Assembly: GCF_000400465.1 (NCBI RefSeq)
Contig: NW_008806284.1
Coordinates: 82,001 to 144,000, forward strand
From: Wallemia ichthyophaga EXF-994
Taxonomy: Eukaryota > Fungi > Basidiomycota
DNA: 62,000 nucleotides
Direction of reading: 5' to 3'
In this document: piece by piece, positions 37,118 to 48,276 of the stretch
Layout: the number at the start of each line of letters is the position of its first letter
Position numbering within the stretch: the first letter of the stretch is position 1
Program-made: the position numbers and the translations under genes
Notes under the pieces: generated by a model
What the model was told of the DNA's origin: nothing
What the model saw: the letters and a program-made list of their open reading frames with translations, nothing else
The model's database searches: none

Positions 37118-38584
37118 ATGTCATTGATAGGGGGAGTGTTGAAGGCATTTACATCTATTCAAGCCACACAGCCACAACTTGTTTCTGCAAACAACGTTAA
37201 AAGAGCTGCTGTTGCGCTGATCCTGCGATTTAGATTGGTTGATAGTAGTCGCGGTGGTGATGGCAGTCCCAGTCCTAGTCCCAGTCCCACCAGTCCTTCC
37301 GATAGCGATTCTTCTTTGGAAGATTTATTCAATCAGCCGTGGATGCGCGATGGCAATGTCATTCCAGAGGTTCGTTGACGTGTTTTCTATATCCGGCGTC
37401 ATGCTAAGTGCTCACACCAAATAAAACCAGATTCTATTTATCCAGCGTGCTGCACGTAATGGTGACCGATGGTCTGGTCACGTCGCCTGCCCTGGTGGGC
37501 GCTATGAGCCAGACGACGAAAATCTCAAGTATACCGGTGAGAATCACCATCAGCATAAGTACACGCATGCCTAACAAACGCATTACCAGCCATGCGTGAA
37601 TGCTGGGAAGAAATCGGACTCGATATCTCTGACCGACGTCATTTCCTCCCTCTTGGCCAGCTCGATGATAGGGAAGTGACCAGCAGTCTGGGGAAAAAGC
37701 TGCTGATGATCCTCTCCCCATTCGTCTTTATCCAGACGAGGCCCGTCGATCACACTCTGCAGCTCGAGGCGCAGGAAGTGGAGTCTGTGCATTGGATACC
37801 GGTTGACGCACTCACTGATAACGCCGTTTATACGCACGTAGAGGTAGATCTACCCGCTCGTCTCTCTCCTAAATCGGAAATGGGACGCTGGGTTCTCGCG
37901 AGTGTGCTGTCTAATTCCTCACTCAGCTTTCCTGCGATAGAGCTCGCTAATAGACCGGCAGCAGTCGCTAGCCAGAGTGGCCTCGCTAGTGTGGCGCTGG
38001 AGGAGGAGAACGACGAGGATTTTGCGCCGCCTATGCCCGCTGAGCTGGACGACTCCATCAGCGAGTTACGCCAACGTACTGTACAGAACAGGCAGGTTGC
38101 GGAGGACAGAAAGGAGAGGAAAGTGGGGAAAGACATGACACAGCTATCCAAACGCCCCTCTCTCAGACTGTGGGGTCTAACACTAGGCTTCACACTCGAT
38201 TTCCTCAGCCACATACCAAGCAAGGCGAGTGAAGATACTCGTGGCGCGAAAAAAACACCGCAAAACGTCGAAACTACTCGACATCTAGCCACCGCTCACG
38301 TCATCAAAGCACTCTTCCCGTCGTTCAACTCACCCGATATCAACCTGTGGATGTGGGTGTGCGGGAGAAGATACCGCTCCATCCGCCGCCAGTGGGAGCA
38401 GGCGGCACGAAACCCAGGCAGTGCTGATAGGAGAAAGAATTGGAGTGGCACTATACGCGCTGCTCACTTTGCGACTATAAGAAGGGCGTTGATGTTCGCC
38501 GTCGTCTTTCGTATCTTGGCTGCATTCACTACTCTCTCCATCCTCGGTAGGTATTTGCAAAAGGTTGTTGCGTGGTTTGTTTGA
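37118..38584 (+). CDS. Nudix hydrolase (NUDT7/Pcd1-like) with C-terminal TM segment
   Basis: Spliced Nudix box GGRYEPDDENLKYTAMRECWEEIGL; RAAVALILR; LWGLTLG; hydrophobic C-terminus. Confidence 0.85.
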
Positions 38585-38769
38585 GGGGGACTGAGAGGCG
38601 TATCTGTTGATTTTCTTGTTTGCCCGCCCTTCTACACGCCCTTGCACACTGCCTTTGATTGGATTAATGGATTGCACTACACGACACAACACTATATCAC
38701 ACCAAACCACACCACGTACGCTCGCACACCTGTGCGGTTGACACAGTAATAACGATAGATAGTAAAAGA

Positions 38770-40152
38770 TTATTGCATGTGCTCATGTGCGATTTGCATG
38801 ATGGCCAGCTGAAGATCGAGGCCGAGGACATCGTCATCGTCGAACCCGTTGTGATACGCGATGTCATTGTAAGGATTATCCTGCTCGACTTGCGCGCCAT
38901 CCTGATTCTGGAGGAGGCCATCAAATAGCTTCTGAAAGCAGTATGTGCCGGGAGTATTGAAGTGTGGGTAAGGGTTGGAAGGAACGAGGCGACCACCACA
39001 GAGGAAGCAGAAATGAGTGCCGCACCTACAACTCATGTGGTTACATCCGGAGCTCTTCTCCGTCCTGACAGCACAGTGGGGACAAGCCTGCGCGGTGTTT
39101 TCGATAGTCCTACGACTCGCCTCCGACTCGAGAAAGTCAGCGAGGAGGCGCTGAAGGTACTTTCTACCGTAGCGACTCTCCAGGGCGAGTTGATCGCGTG
39201 AGTTTGATTGTTCCAGCGCATGAGCGTAAGCGCGAACGTAATGGAGCGTCGTCGAGACGGGACAAGCTGCCACGGGCCCGTGGTATGTGCGGCGGCAGTA
39301 GCAGCAGAAAGCGAAGGAGCATTGAGGACAGACGCGCAATCGCTGTGCACCCTCATCACTCTCGCTGTCACCTACGAGTGCGTTCTCGGGTGGACGCGCA
39401 ACGGGTGTGTGGCAGAGGGGGCAGTACACGGTGCGCGGATCGTCTTCTGCAGCTTTCTTCTGACGTAGATACACCACGCGCTGGTGGACTCTCTCCCCAC
39501 TCACCTCTAGGATGGTTGCATCGGGTATGGGCAGTGTGCAGGTCGGCGAGGGACAGATGAGACTGTCTAGCGAGCCTTCGCGCACGTGCAGCTCGGTCAT
39601 GTCGCGTAGACACGCAGCGCACACCGCACACCCACACGGCATCTCTGCCCCGTGCACTCCCTTGCGCCGCCGCAAGCAGATGGGACAGTCGTAGCTGCTT
39701 TCTGCGAACACCGTGGCTGCGTGTGTCCGGTTGTACGCGCGTAGTGTGGCGGCGAGTGTCGCGAGCGCGTGTGTGTCTTGCACTTGTATTGAAGCGGGAG
39801 GGTATGCGTGCAGAACGTGCATTGTGCGTAGGAGCTCTCCTTCTCCTTCCTCGCTTTCTTCCCGTATTAGCCTCTCCAACTCCGCCTTGTTGCCAGCCGT
39901 GCCCGCCACTGCTTCGATATGGGAGAGCATCGGCGTCGGTGAGCTGCTGCCGTCCAGCGTAAATGTGACAGACGTCGGTGGCAGCTGGCCCACATTCAGC
40001 TTAACGCTCTGGTTATCAAGTCGCGTGCGCAAGGTGATTCCACTGTCTACACTGATGCTTGTGCGTAGACGAATATTCCCATTGTCCTTAGTTGCCGACC
40101 CTTCCCCGTAAATGGCATTGACAATTTCGATTTCTTCTGCAATGTCGAGCAT
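38770..40152 (-). CDS. RWD-RBR E3 ubiquitin ligase (RNF14/Itt1-like)
   Basis: RING1 CPIC..CGC..CAAC..CPSPTC; IBR CPLC..CPQCSFAFCCYCRRTYHG..C; RING2 CPHC..EKSSGCNHMSCRCGTHFCFLC. Intronless. Confidence 0.92.
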   Translation of the reverse strand: MLDIAEEIEIVNAIYGEGSATKDNGNIRLRTSISVDSGITLRTRLDNQSVKLNVGQLPPTSVTFTLDGSSSPTPMLSHIEAVAGTAGNKAELERLIREESEEGEGELLRTMHVLHAYPPASIQVQDTHALATLAATLRAYNRTHAATVFAESSYDCPICLRRRKGVHGAEMPCGCAVCAACLRDMTELHVREGSLDSLICPSPTCTLPIPDATILEVSGERVHQRVVYLRQKKAAEDDPRTVYCPLCHTPVARPPENALVGDSESDEGAQRLRVCPQCSFAFCCYCRRTYHGPVAACPVSTTLHYVRAYAHALEQSNSRDQLALESRYGRKYLQRLLADFLESEASRRTIENTAQACPHCAVRTEKSSGCNHMSCRCGTHFCFLCGGRLVPSNPYPHFNTPGTYCFQKLFDGLLQNQDGAQVEQDNPYNDIAYHNGFDDDDVLGLDLQLAIMQIAHEHMQ

Positions 40153-40247
40153 CGAGGTATCAACCCATCAAGGAATATAACGGGTACAAATCCAATAAAT
40201 ATATCAAGTCTATAAGATACAAGTTACCTCAGTCTCAGTCTCACTCC

Positions 40248-42035
40248 TCACTCCTCACTTTTTCCCCCCTCGAAATGTTTGAAAGCGTTGCGAAAGTCGT
40301 TGGCGATATCCGTCTCTTGCTCATCGGGCAGGGTGCAATTACGCCAATCAGCGCGCTGCGGGATGTCGAGGAAGGAAGCTAGAGCGAGTCTAGCGAATTG
40401 CTGATTGAAGGGTGCAGGGCGAATGAGATGAACGAATTTTCCGCCATTAGGGAGATCAACTGGGAGTTTTATTGAGTTAGCTGTCTATTGTCTAACCCCT
40501 TCCCCACTCACCTCTCAAATACGATTGTCCATCTTCCAGCTCATCGAGCGCCTTTTGGGGATCACTCTCCCATTCCACGCCCTGTGCTACGCCTTCGTTG
40601 GTGAGATGCGCGCCGAGTGCGCTTATGATCTCGTTGGGGATTGGTACAGCTTGGATGTGTGCGTGCCCACCGCGCGACCAATACCGCCCCAGCTCGTAAG
40701 AAACGAGAGAAGAGTTGTATTTAGCGTAGCAGCGCGCGAGCGCATCGCGCCAGTCAAGCAACTCCGATTGAACACGCTGCGCTATATCCGCAGGCAGCGA
40801 GAAGAGATTAGGGTAGTGGGAGATGGGTATGATCAAAACATGCCCTCCGCCCGGCACAGCCGATGTGGCGGGGTCGATTAGCTGTCCTTTGGGAAGGGTG
40901 ATGTAGCACTCTTCTCCTATTGACACGATTAGGTGTTTCGTTACGCGGGGGTTGGAAAGACAGAACCAGCACTCGTCCTGTGATATTTCACCCTGGTGCC
41001 GCTTGTTCTTTTTGCCTCGTTTACTTGCCTCATCGTAGGCTGACGCTTGCTGGGCGAATATGTAGCTATTTCCACTCTCTTTCCCCTCCTCCTCGGCACT
41101 GCGTTTCTGGACTTGGGTAAGCGCAGGCAGGGGAGAGGACGTCGAGGCAGGTGGAACATCCTCCTTGCTGTGCCCACGTGGTGTGATGGAGAAGGCGTAG
41201 AAGGAGCGTTGTTTCTGCGTATTGCCGAACTGGCCGAGGGAAATAAAGCGTGTAGATAGGCCATTAGGAGAAACGAAAGGCTCCCTCTCCCAGAACACAC
41301 GCTGACCGCCGCTAAATACGTACTTGGGGGTGGAGTAGCTGACGGCGGAAGTGACGGCGCTGCTGCCCCAGGAGTGCGCAGGTGGGTGAGCAGCAAGATT
41401 GGGGAGTGGCTTGTTGGAGAGTAGGGTGATGCTGGATGGCCAGGAGTGTGTGAGGAGGATGTCTAAGTTGGCGTTGGAGAGAGACTTGGCGTGTGCTCGG
41501 GCAGCAGCTAAAGAGGAGCTATCGGAGGTGTTTCGACGGGGATCAAAGAATTCTGTAAAGCTGTTGAGGGTGGTTTGAGTAATGGCGGGGCTGTTGTTGT
41601 CGTGTTGATCACCTTCAACCAAAGTAGATGTATCGTGCACACCACCAAAGGCACCAATACGCAGACCAGAACGGGTGGTGAGTACAGACGATTTGGCCAA
41701 CATGAAAACACGCTGAGCAATAGCACCACCACCGTTGTCGAGTTTATCGAGTAAGGAAGCATGTGGGGGTTGACGCCCGAGAGTGTAGTAAACGTCGATG
41801 GGTGGGTTGAGTGAGCCATTAATCACAGCGTCAATCTCATCATCATTGGCAGATTCGAATAAATCACCAGCCACCAAGGTTAAATTGAAATTGTGTTTGC
41901 TGGTCAGTGCAGCTATCTTATCGAATAACGCGTGGATGGAAGTAGAAGGAGGACCAATCACAAGGCTGATCGGGAGTTATAAATTATCATTTAATATTTT
42001 TAGTTTACTCACACTTTCGTTGATTCTACGCTCAT
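40248..42035 (-). CDS. CWF19L1: CWF19-like protein 1 (Drn1/CwfJ family, Dbr1-associated)
   Basis: Inactive metallophosphoesterase-like N-domain (DILLTHSWP, FWEREPF) and CwfJ_C CWFCLSNP...HLIVSIG...GGGHVLIIPISH. Introns 41966-42012 and ~40459-40512. Confidence 0.9.
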
Positions 42036-42053
42036 CACCGTACACCACCAAGA

Positions 42054-42692
42054 ATGACATCGGCAATTTTATTCGGATCTACGGGGGCAGTCGGGAAGCA
42101 CCTTAAGGCGTGTTTGTTGAATAGCGCGGACATCAGCCACGTAACTGAAGCAGCTAGATCCGTGGATAACACCACCAACGGCAAACTCACCCAAATCAAA
42201 CTAGACGCAAACACCAAATTACACCCCCAATACGATCTAGTATTCATTACTCTAGGCACAACAGCTAAAAACGCTGGTAGTTCAGAGAAGTTTGAAGAAA
42301 TAGATAGGCATTTGGTCGTAAACCTAGCCAAGCAGGTTTCTAAAGATAGCGCGCACGTAATTTACTGCTCATCTGCTAATGCTAATCCAAATTCGACCTT
42401 CTTATATCCACGTTCTAAGGGATTGACAGAGATGTCGTTGAGTGAACTCGGGTATAGCTCGACAACCATTTTCAGGCCTGGGTTTTTGAAGCACGCCAAG
42501 AGATCAGATAGTAGACCTGCTGAGAGCTTCTTTGGGTATCTCACTGGTTTCCTCGGTTACTTTACATCTGCTGTAGAGATACCTGTACAGAAGCTTGGTG
42601 AAAGCATGGTGTTAGCTGGATTAAAGCAGCTTAAAGAGAAATCTAACAAGACCATATTCGTATCCAACAAAGAAGCCCTGAACCTCAATTGA
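42054..42692 (+). CDS. FMP52: Fmp52/TIP30-like NAD(P)-binding Rossmann protein
   Basis: AILFGSTGAVG (GxTGxxG); FITLGTT; FEEID; ANPNSTFLYPRSKG; IFRPGFL. Confidence 0.88.
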   Translation: MTSAILFGSTGAVGKHLKACLLNSADISHVTEAARSVDNTTNGKLTQIKLDANTKLHPQYDLVFITLGTTAKNAGSSEKFEEIDRHLVVNLAKQVSKDSAHVIYCSSANANPNSTFLYPRSKGLTEMSLSELGYSSTTIFRPGFLKHAKRSDSRPAESFFGYLTGFLGYFTSAVEIPVQKLGESMVLAGLKQLKEKSNKTIFVSNKEALNLN

Positions 42693-42726
42693 TTGTACTC
42701 ATGTCATCATCATTTACACTTAATTC

Positions 42727-42918
42727 ATGTCCAATCCATCCATATTCAAGCCAACGTCTATCTTCTCCTTAATCCTCCGATGCTATTATAAAAACACCAC
42801 TGACCTCCCAACCACGATTCAGCCTAACTTCCAGTACGTCAAGAATGACTTAAGCAGCATACAAACTATGGATACACAAGACGAACACAGCTACAAGCAT
42901 CTCTTTTCATCTTTTTAA
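42727..42918 (+). pseudogene. Truncated, diverged tandem copy of the 43252 ORF
   Basis: MSNPSIFKPT...TDLPT.IQPN.QY.KND.SSIQTMDT is shared with the 43252 ORF. It has an internal compensating frameshift and stops after 63 aa. Confidence 0.6.
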
Positions 42919-43251
42919 AGGCCTATATTCATTTCGTTTCTGGAGTTACACTACCAGGTAAAAATCCCTATCTAGTGACCAGCGGGTTAACCTCACCGGT
43001 CGGATGCTTTGATTGCAGAGCTTCCAAGACCTCTGTGGTGAGCTTGGCACACCCAAAGATCCACCAAGAACGTTTGACGCCGATCCTGGCCTTCCTTGCT
43101 CCACATATCCTTCTGGTGAGATTATGTTTCTGGCTTGATCAAAGCAGCTTTAAGAGAATTCAAACAAGACTACATTCATGTCCAACAAACATATCCTGAA
43201 TCTTGGGTGATATTTATTTATACCCATACCATCACCATTTGCACTCAATTC

Positions 43252-43671
43252 ATGTCCAATCCATCCATCTTCAAGCCAACGCCTGGCTTTCTCCTAAATC
43301 CTCCATCCCTATCAAAGAACATTACTGACCTCCCAACCATGATCCAACCCAACATCCAGTACATCAAGAATGACACAAGCAGCATACAAACTATGGATAC
43401 ACGCGACGATAACGGCTACATGTACCTCTTCGACGACAAAGCTGAGCTCAACGATTACGAGCACAATGAATCACACAAACTAATTCTTCATAAAATTTTC
43501 CCAAATAAACTCAAACCAAAGAAAGTTCAGGGCTATCAAATCAAAGAGAGCAATATGAAACTCTATCACACTCTCACCTCCATATACCCAATCGTTGATG
43601 AGGATATCAACTACACTCCCGACTCTGCACTTCAAGGCTATGACCATATGGAAAAAACACTGTGTCTGTAA
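43252..43671 (+). CDS. Orphan protein, 139 aa (longer copy of a tandem duplication)
   Basis: Open frame MSNPSIFKPTPGFLLNPP...MEKTLCL; no family recognised. Confidence 0.5.
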   Translation: MSNPSIFKPTPGFLLNPPSLSKNITDLPTMIQPNIQYIKNDTSSIQTMDTRDDNGYMYLFDDKAELNDYEHNESHKLILHKIFPNKLKPKKVQGYQIKESNMKLYHTLTSIYPIVDEDINYTPDSALQGYDHMEKTLCL

Positions 43672-43696
43672 TATTATACATGTATTCAAATCTACC

Positions 43697-44581
43697 TCAC
43701 TTCCTTCTCCTCTTCTTACGAATTTCCATCATATCAGTATCAACATCCACCTCCTTCGCTGCGGTGAGTCCTGCATTTATACTCCTCCCAAGTCCCAGAA
43801 ATGGTCCCGTCATCCCTGCTGGTCCTGCCGGCATTTTCTTCTTTTTACCGTTCAAAACGCTGCTGATGGATGACGTGCCTAGAATATCCTCAAACGGCAC
43901 ACCTAAATAGCTACTGGGGGGAGCATTCAATTCGCTCTCCATTGTATTTCCATTCCCGTTAACGTTTCCACTACCACTAGTACTTCCATCTGCTTGCGTC
44001 GGTGTGCCACCTTGACTTGTGCTTGCATGACCTGATTTTCTATTGCGACTTGTGCGCGTAGATCTCGAGAAAGTGGAAGGATCAAGGAGGGAATCAGAGC
44101 CAACATCAGCGTCCTTCTCCTCCTTAAGTTTCCTCCTCTTTTCTTCAATAGCCTCGCTCAGCCTAGTTTTGATAGAGCGCTGTACGACGTCGTATTCCTC
44201 CTGTACGCGTGCCCGCTCTATCTCATACAGGGAGCGAGCCGAGTCCATTGCGTATCCGTGAGCGTGCTTCACTGCCGAAAGCTGCGCGTCACGCTCTAGA
44301 CTGAGTTCGTACAATCGGAGTGTCTGTTCGCGGCATATCATCGGTGCTCCTGTGCTGGGTGCACGTGTTGCATCGTATGCTGTCGTCGGCGTCGTTGATA
44401 GGAGGTGGTTGTGCACGTCGAGCAATCTGTTGTGTGTTTCGAGGAATATCAGGTCACGCTTCTCGTAAGTCTCCCCCGTTTGTCGGCTTAGTTTCTCCAC
44501 TAAATCCCGCCGCTTCTTATCCCGCTTCGTCTCCGGCGCTTCACTCGTCCAGCCCAGCTCGTTTCCAACTTCAGACGACAT
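43697..44581 (-). CDS. Sds3-like histone deacetylase (Rpd3L) complex subunit
   Basis: ETKRDKKRRDLVEKL..., coiled coil YELSLERDAQL...IEEKRRKLKEEKD, and C-terminal EVDVDTDMMEIRK, typical of the Sds3 family. Confidence 0.75.
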   Translation of the reverse strand: MSSEVGNELGWTSEAPETKRDKKRRDLVEKLSRQTGETYEKRDLIFLETHNRLLDVHNHLLSTTPTTAYDATRAPSTGAPMICREQTLRLYELSLERDAQLSAVKHAHGYAMDSARSLYEIERARVQEEYDVVQRSIKTRLSEAIEEKRRKLKEEKDADVGSDSLLDPSTFSRSTRTSRNRKSGHASTSQGGTPTQADGSTSGSGNVNGNGNTMESELNAPPSSYLGVPFEDILGTSSISSVLNGKKKKMPAGPAGMTGPFLGLGRSINAGLTAAKEVDVDTDMMEIRKKRRRK

Positions 44582-44691
44582 TGTGGTGTGTGTTGAAGGT
44601 GTGGGTGGGGAATTAAATTAATTTGATTTTCCATTTAAATTTAATCAATTATATCCATATTTACATTTCTTCTCCTTGCTTACACTCGTTC

Positions 44692-47600
44692 ATGGTCAAA
44701 CGCACTCAAATGGCAAGCATCGCATAGTTTTGGGAGATGGCTCACCTGACTCCCCCTATAGGATTCCAGCGATGGTGGCAGCGAAAGCGCCAGCGATTTC
44801 GACTATGAGGCGATGAACGCTATAGCTGAGGACAGCTATAAAGAGCCAAACGAATTCGAGGACAGCGACAGCGACAAGGATAATATGAATGTCGACAGTG
44901 AAGACGCTCAAACTCTCAAGTCAAACGGTGGTGCATTCAGAGCACCAACTAAAGACGAAGTTCAATCACTCAAAGAGACAGGAGAACTATTCAAATCAAA
45001 TCTATTCAGGCTTCAGGTGGGTCAGTGGTTTTTACGGTCGATGCGCTAAATAAGCAACCCAGATTGAATCCCTTCTCGAGGAGATACAACAGCCGTCTTC
45101 TCAGGCTGAAAGTCTGACACACGCACTACACGCTATCAGGAACCTCATAATAGATCTTAAACCCATTCCTAAATCACAGGATGGCAAATTATCAACCAAA
45201 GAAGCCAACAGCTATCTCAAAAAGCATCACCTCAGCTTGCCTCTATCCAGGGAAATCCCGCTAGACGTCAATTGGGGAGTCGGATTCGATAAACCTCACA
45301 CTGTTCAAGTTGGTGGTGCATGGCCACTTAAAACCGGCGTCAAAAGGCGGTCGAGCAAGAAGAAAGCTTGGCAAGTCACTCTCGCTGTATTCCTCCCTTC
45401 CCACCTCATCCAAGAGAAGGATCATATGAATGACAGGTGGCTCTTCAAACAAGCCTTCTACGTTACCATATTGGCTGAAGTCTTGGCAAACAGTAAGCTG
45501 GAGGTGGATGTACAAGTGACGCATGAGAATGGTTTGGAATTAGAACCGGTAATCAACATAACCGGTAAGAAGGGCAGCAAATTTATTCCCAGCAATGCAA
45601 CAATCACTATTGTCCCTGCATTAGGTCATCCTTGTCCATTCAAACCCCTCAGCAAAATATCACCTGCTAAGATTGGTTCGAAATTGAGCAATGCATTTAT
45701 CAAGCCATCATTACTAACAACTCACCTGTCGTACTTGTACAATATCGCAGAAACAGTCCCTGCTTTCAGAGACGCTGTCAAATTACTCAAAATTTGGTCA
45801 AACCAGAGAGCCCTTGAGTGGTTCTTGGAGGGTTTTAATGCTGAGTTTTTGGTTGCGCTGCTTGTTGAAGGTGATCAACATGGCAGCAAACGTGTTGGAA
45901 AAGGACTCAGCTCGTATCAGCTTTTCAAAGCAGTGATGGATCTTATAGCCCAGACTGATTTTAGTAATGTCTTCATCAAGAGTACTTCTGCCAGTGGGTT
46001 TTCACAGGAGGATTTTGTGGGTAGCTCTACTTTACTTTTCGTCGATCCTACACGCACATTTAATTTCATGGACGGTCTCTTGCCTGAGGATGTCCAAGTG
46101 ATGGCCTTCGAAGCTAAGATGACACTTGACGCACTCAGCGACGAAAGTGATAGATTTGAAGAGACATTTATGCGTGACTTGCGCAACCCCATGCCCAGAT
46201 TCGATCTGTTAGGCAAGACGACATTGCCATTGAAACTGATGAAGAAGATGAAGAAGGGTGTGAATGTAAGACAGTCCATCGCATCAATTCTCACACAGGC
46301 ACTTGGTAATCGGGTAAAAGTGATCAATTTACAAATCCACAATGACAACATAGTCATAGGGTTGATACTTGAATCTGAAATGGCTGGTAGGATGGTCGAC
46401 CATGGGCCGCCCGCCGAAGATAAAGAGGGATGTGAGCAATTCAGAGCATTCTGGGGGGAGGTGTCAGACATGAGGCGATTCAAGGATGGAAAGATAAACG
46501 AGAGTGTAGTATGGACGCAGGGAGGATCGAAAGAACACATTCCAATCCAAATTGTGAAATGGATTCTCGGACGTCATTTCCACATGGAAGGATTCACATT
46601 CATAGCTGAAGAATTCGACGGATTGCTAGACGCCGGTGCGGTAGATGGAGTTACGACATTCAACGATTTTGACACACCCCTGCAATCCTACGATGACTTC
46701 CAGAGGATGTTGCGCGACATGACCAGTCTGCCACTGGAAGTAATGAACGTTTCCCCATCTACACCCCTCCTACGCCACACATCACCATATCCACAACCCA
46801 CGCGCGATATGAACAGATTCGGTCTCACGCCTACTTCTGCGCGATACATTCCGGCAGCCGAGATGAATGTGCAGTTCGAAAGCAGTGGTAAGTGGCCAGA
46901 CGACTTGGGGGCAATCCAAGTGACGAAAGCCGCGTTCCTCGAAGCATTAGGTGAAGAGCTACAAAAAGGGGGTGAGTACACAGCGCAAGTAGTCATCGAT
47001 CACCCCCTTCCTTGCGACATAGAAGATGCGGTTTCACTAGAAGTCGTCAACGACCGAGGCTATGCATGGAAGCTACGCATCCAGCACGACAGAGAGCTGA
47101 CGCTGCTCGAGAGGAAGCTCAACGACAAGAGCGGTACGACAGACACTCAAAGACAGCATTTGAAGGGTGTGCGCGAGAGGTACATGCAGAAATTTTCCCA
47201 TAAACCCCGCCACCACCAGGCCGTGATGGCTCTCACGCACAGGTTTAAAGCCTACGCTAAGACGGTGAGGCTCGTGTCACGCTGGGTGGATGCCCATCTC
47301 CTTTCCCCTCACGTGACCCACGAGTTCGTCGAGCTAGTTGTGGCTAGTGTGTTCCTCAACAGTGGCACATACGCACCACCAGCGACAGCAGCACTCGGTT
47401 TCCTCCGCTCTGTTATGCTACTTGCAGAGTGGCAATTCAAACAAGAGCCCTTGCTCGTGCCTCTTTACACAGCGTCGCAGATGCAAGAGGAGCACGTAGA
47501 CAAGAAAGTAGTTTTCCCTGCTCGAGAACGAAGTGGAGCGGAGAAGGCGTTTGAAATACTGCGCAGAACGGATCCAGACGTCACTACGACTGCCATGTTC

Positions 47601-48237
47601 GTAGCTACAGAGCGCGATTCTTCAGGCGGAAACTTCACACATCGCAAACCAACCACCGTCGTCGCTGGCCGTTTGCAGGCTGTCGCAAAGGCTGCAATGG
47701 ATGCACTGGTGCATAAAGATGGACTGGAAGTTATGGTGCGTTAGCGTGTACTGCCGTCTTCCCTGCTAACGGTTTCGCTATAGCATCTGTTCAAATCTCC
47801 CACTCATATCTACGATTTCGTCGTCTACCTCAAACCGATTGCTAACACCCGTCTTTATCAGTCGCTCCTCGATGATAGATATAAGGCTGGGGATGTCGAT
47901 ATTTCGAATGAACCGCTCGTCGGTTTTGACCCGACTGCCTTACTCGTCGAACATCTTGAACGCGTTTATGGAGATGTACTTCTCTTTTTCCATGATAAGT
48001 GCGGTGGTTGTATAGTGGGTGCACTGTGGAATCCTACATACAACGCACCTCGCAAGTGGAAAGTTGGACTGCATTATCCAGTCAAGCCGACCGATGTGAG
48101 TGATTTTTAATCATTTCTCACCCAACTAACCACCTTTGTAGCAGGGCAAAGATGAAGTAGTCATCGACAAGCAGGCTATTATTGCAGAGATAGCTGCACT
48201 TGGTTATGACATGATGGATAGCATCGGACACGCATAA
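44692..48237 (+). CDS. UTP22: U3 snoRNA-associated protein Utp22/NOL6 (Nrap family)
   Basis: ELFKSNLFRLQ; KDHMNDRWLFKQAFY; FRAFWGEVSDMRRFKDGKINESVVW; VQFESSGKWPDDL. The first intron appears to be GC-AG (44713-44761). Confidence 0.95.
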
Positions 48238-48276
48238 TTTATTAGAATTAGTTTTAAAATCATGCATTCTCAACGG

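Noticed and set aside
39560-39700. His-to-Cys change in RBR RING1 (CGCAVC)
   Set aside because: A Cys can still ligate zinc, so this is a minor variant.
4472-40260. Short tandem repeats (KDN x3 in EBP2, SN run ~17985, SP run ~37262, ctcact run ~40225) as CRISPR or element repeats
   Set aside because: These are simple coding microsatellites without spacers, in a eukaryotic context.
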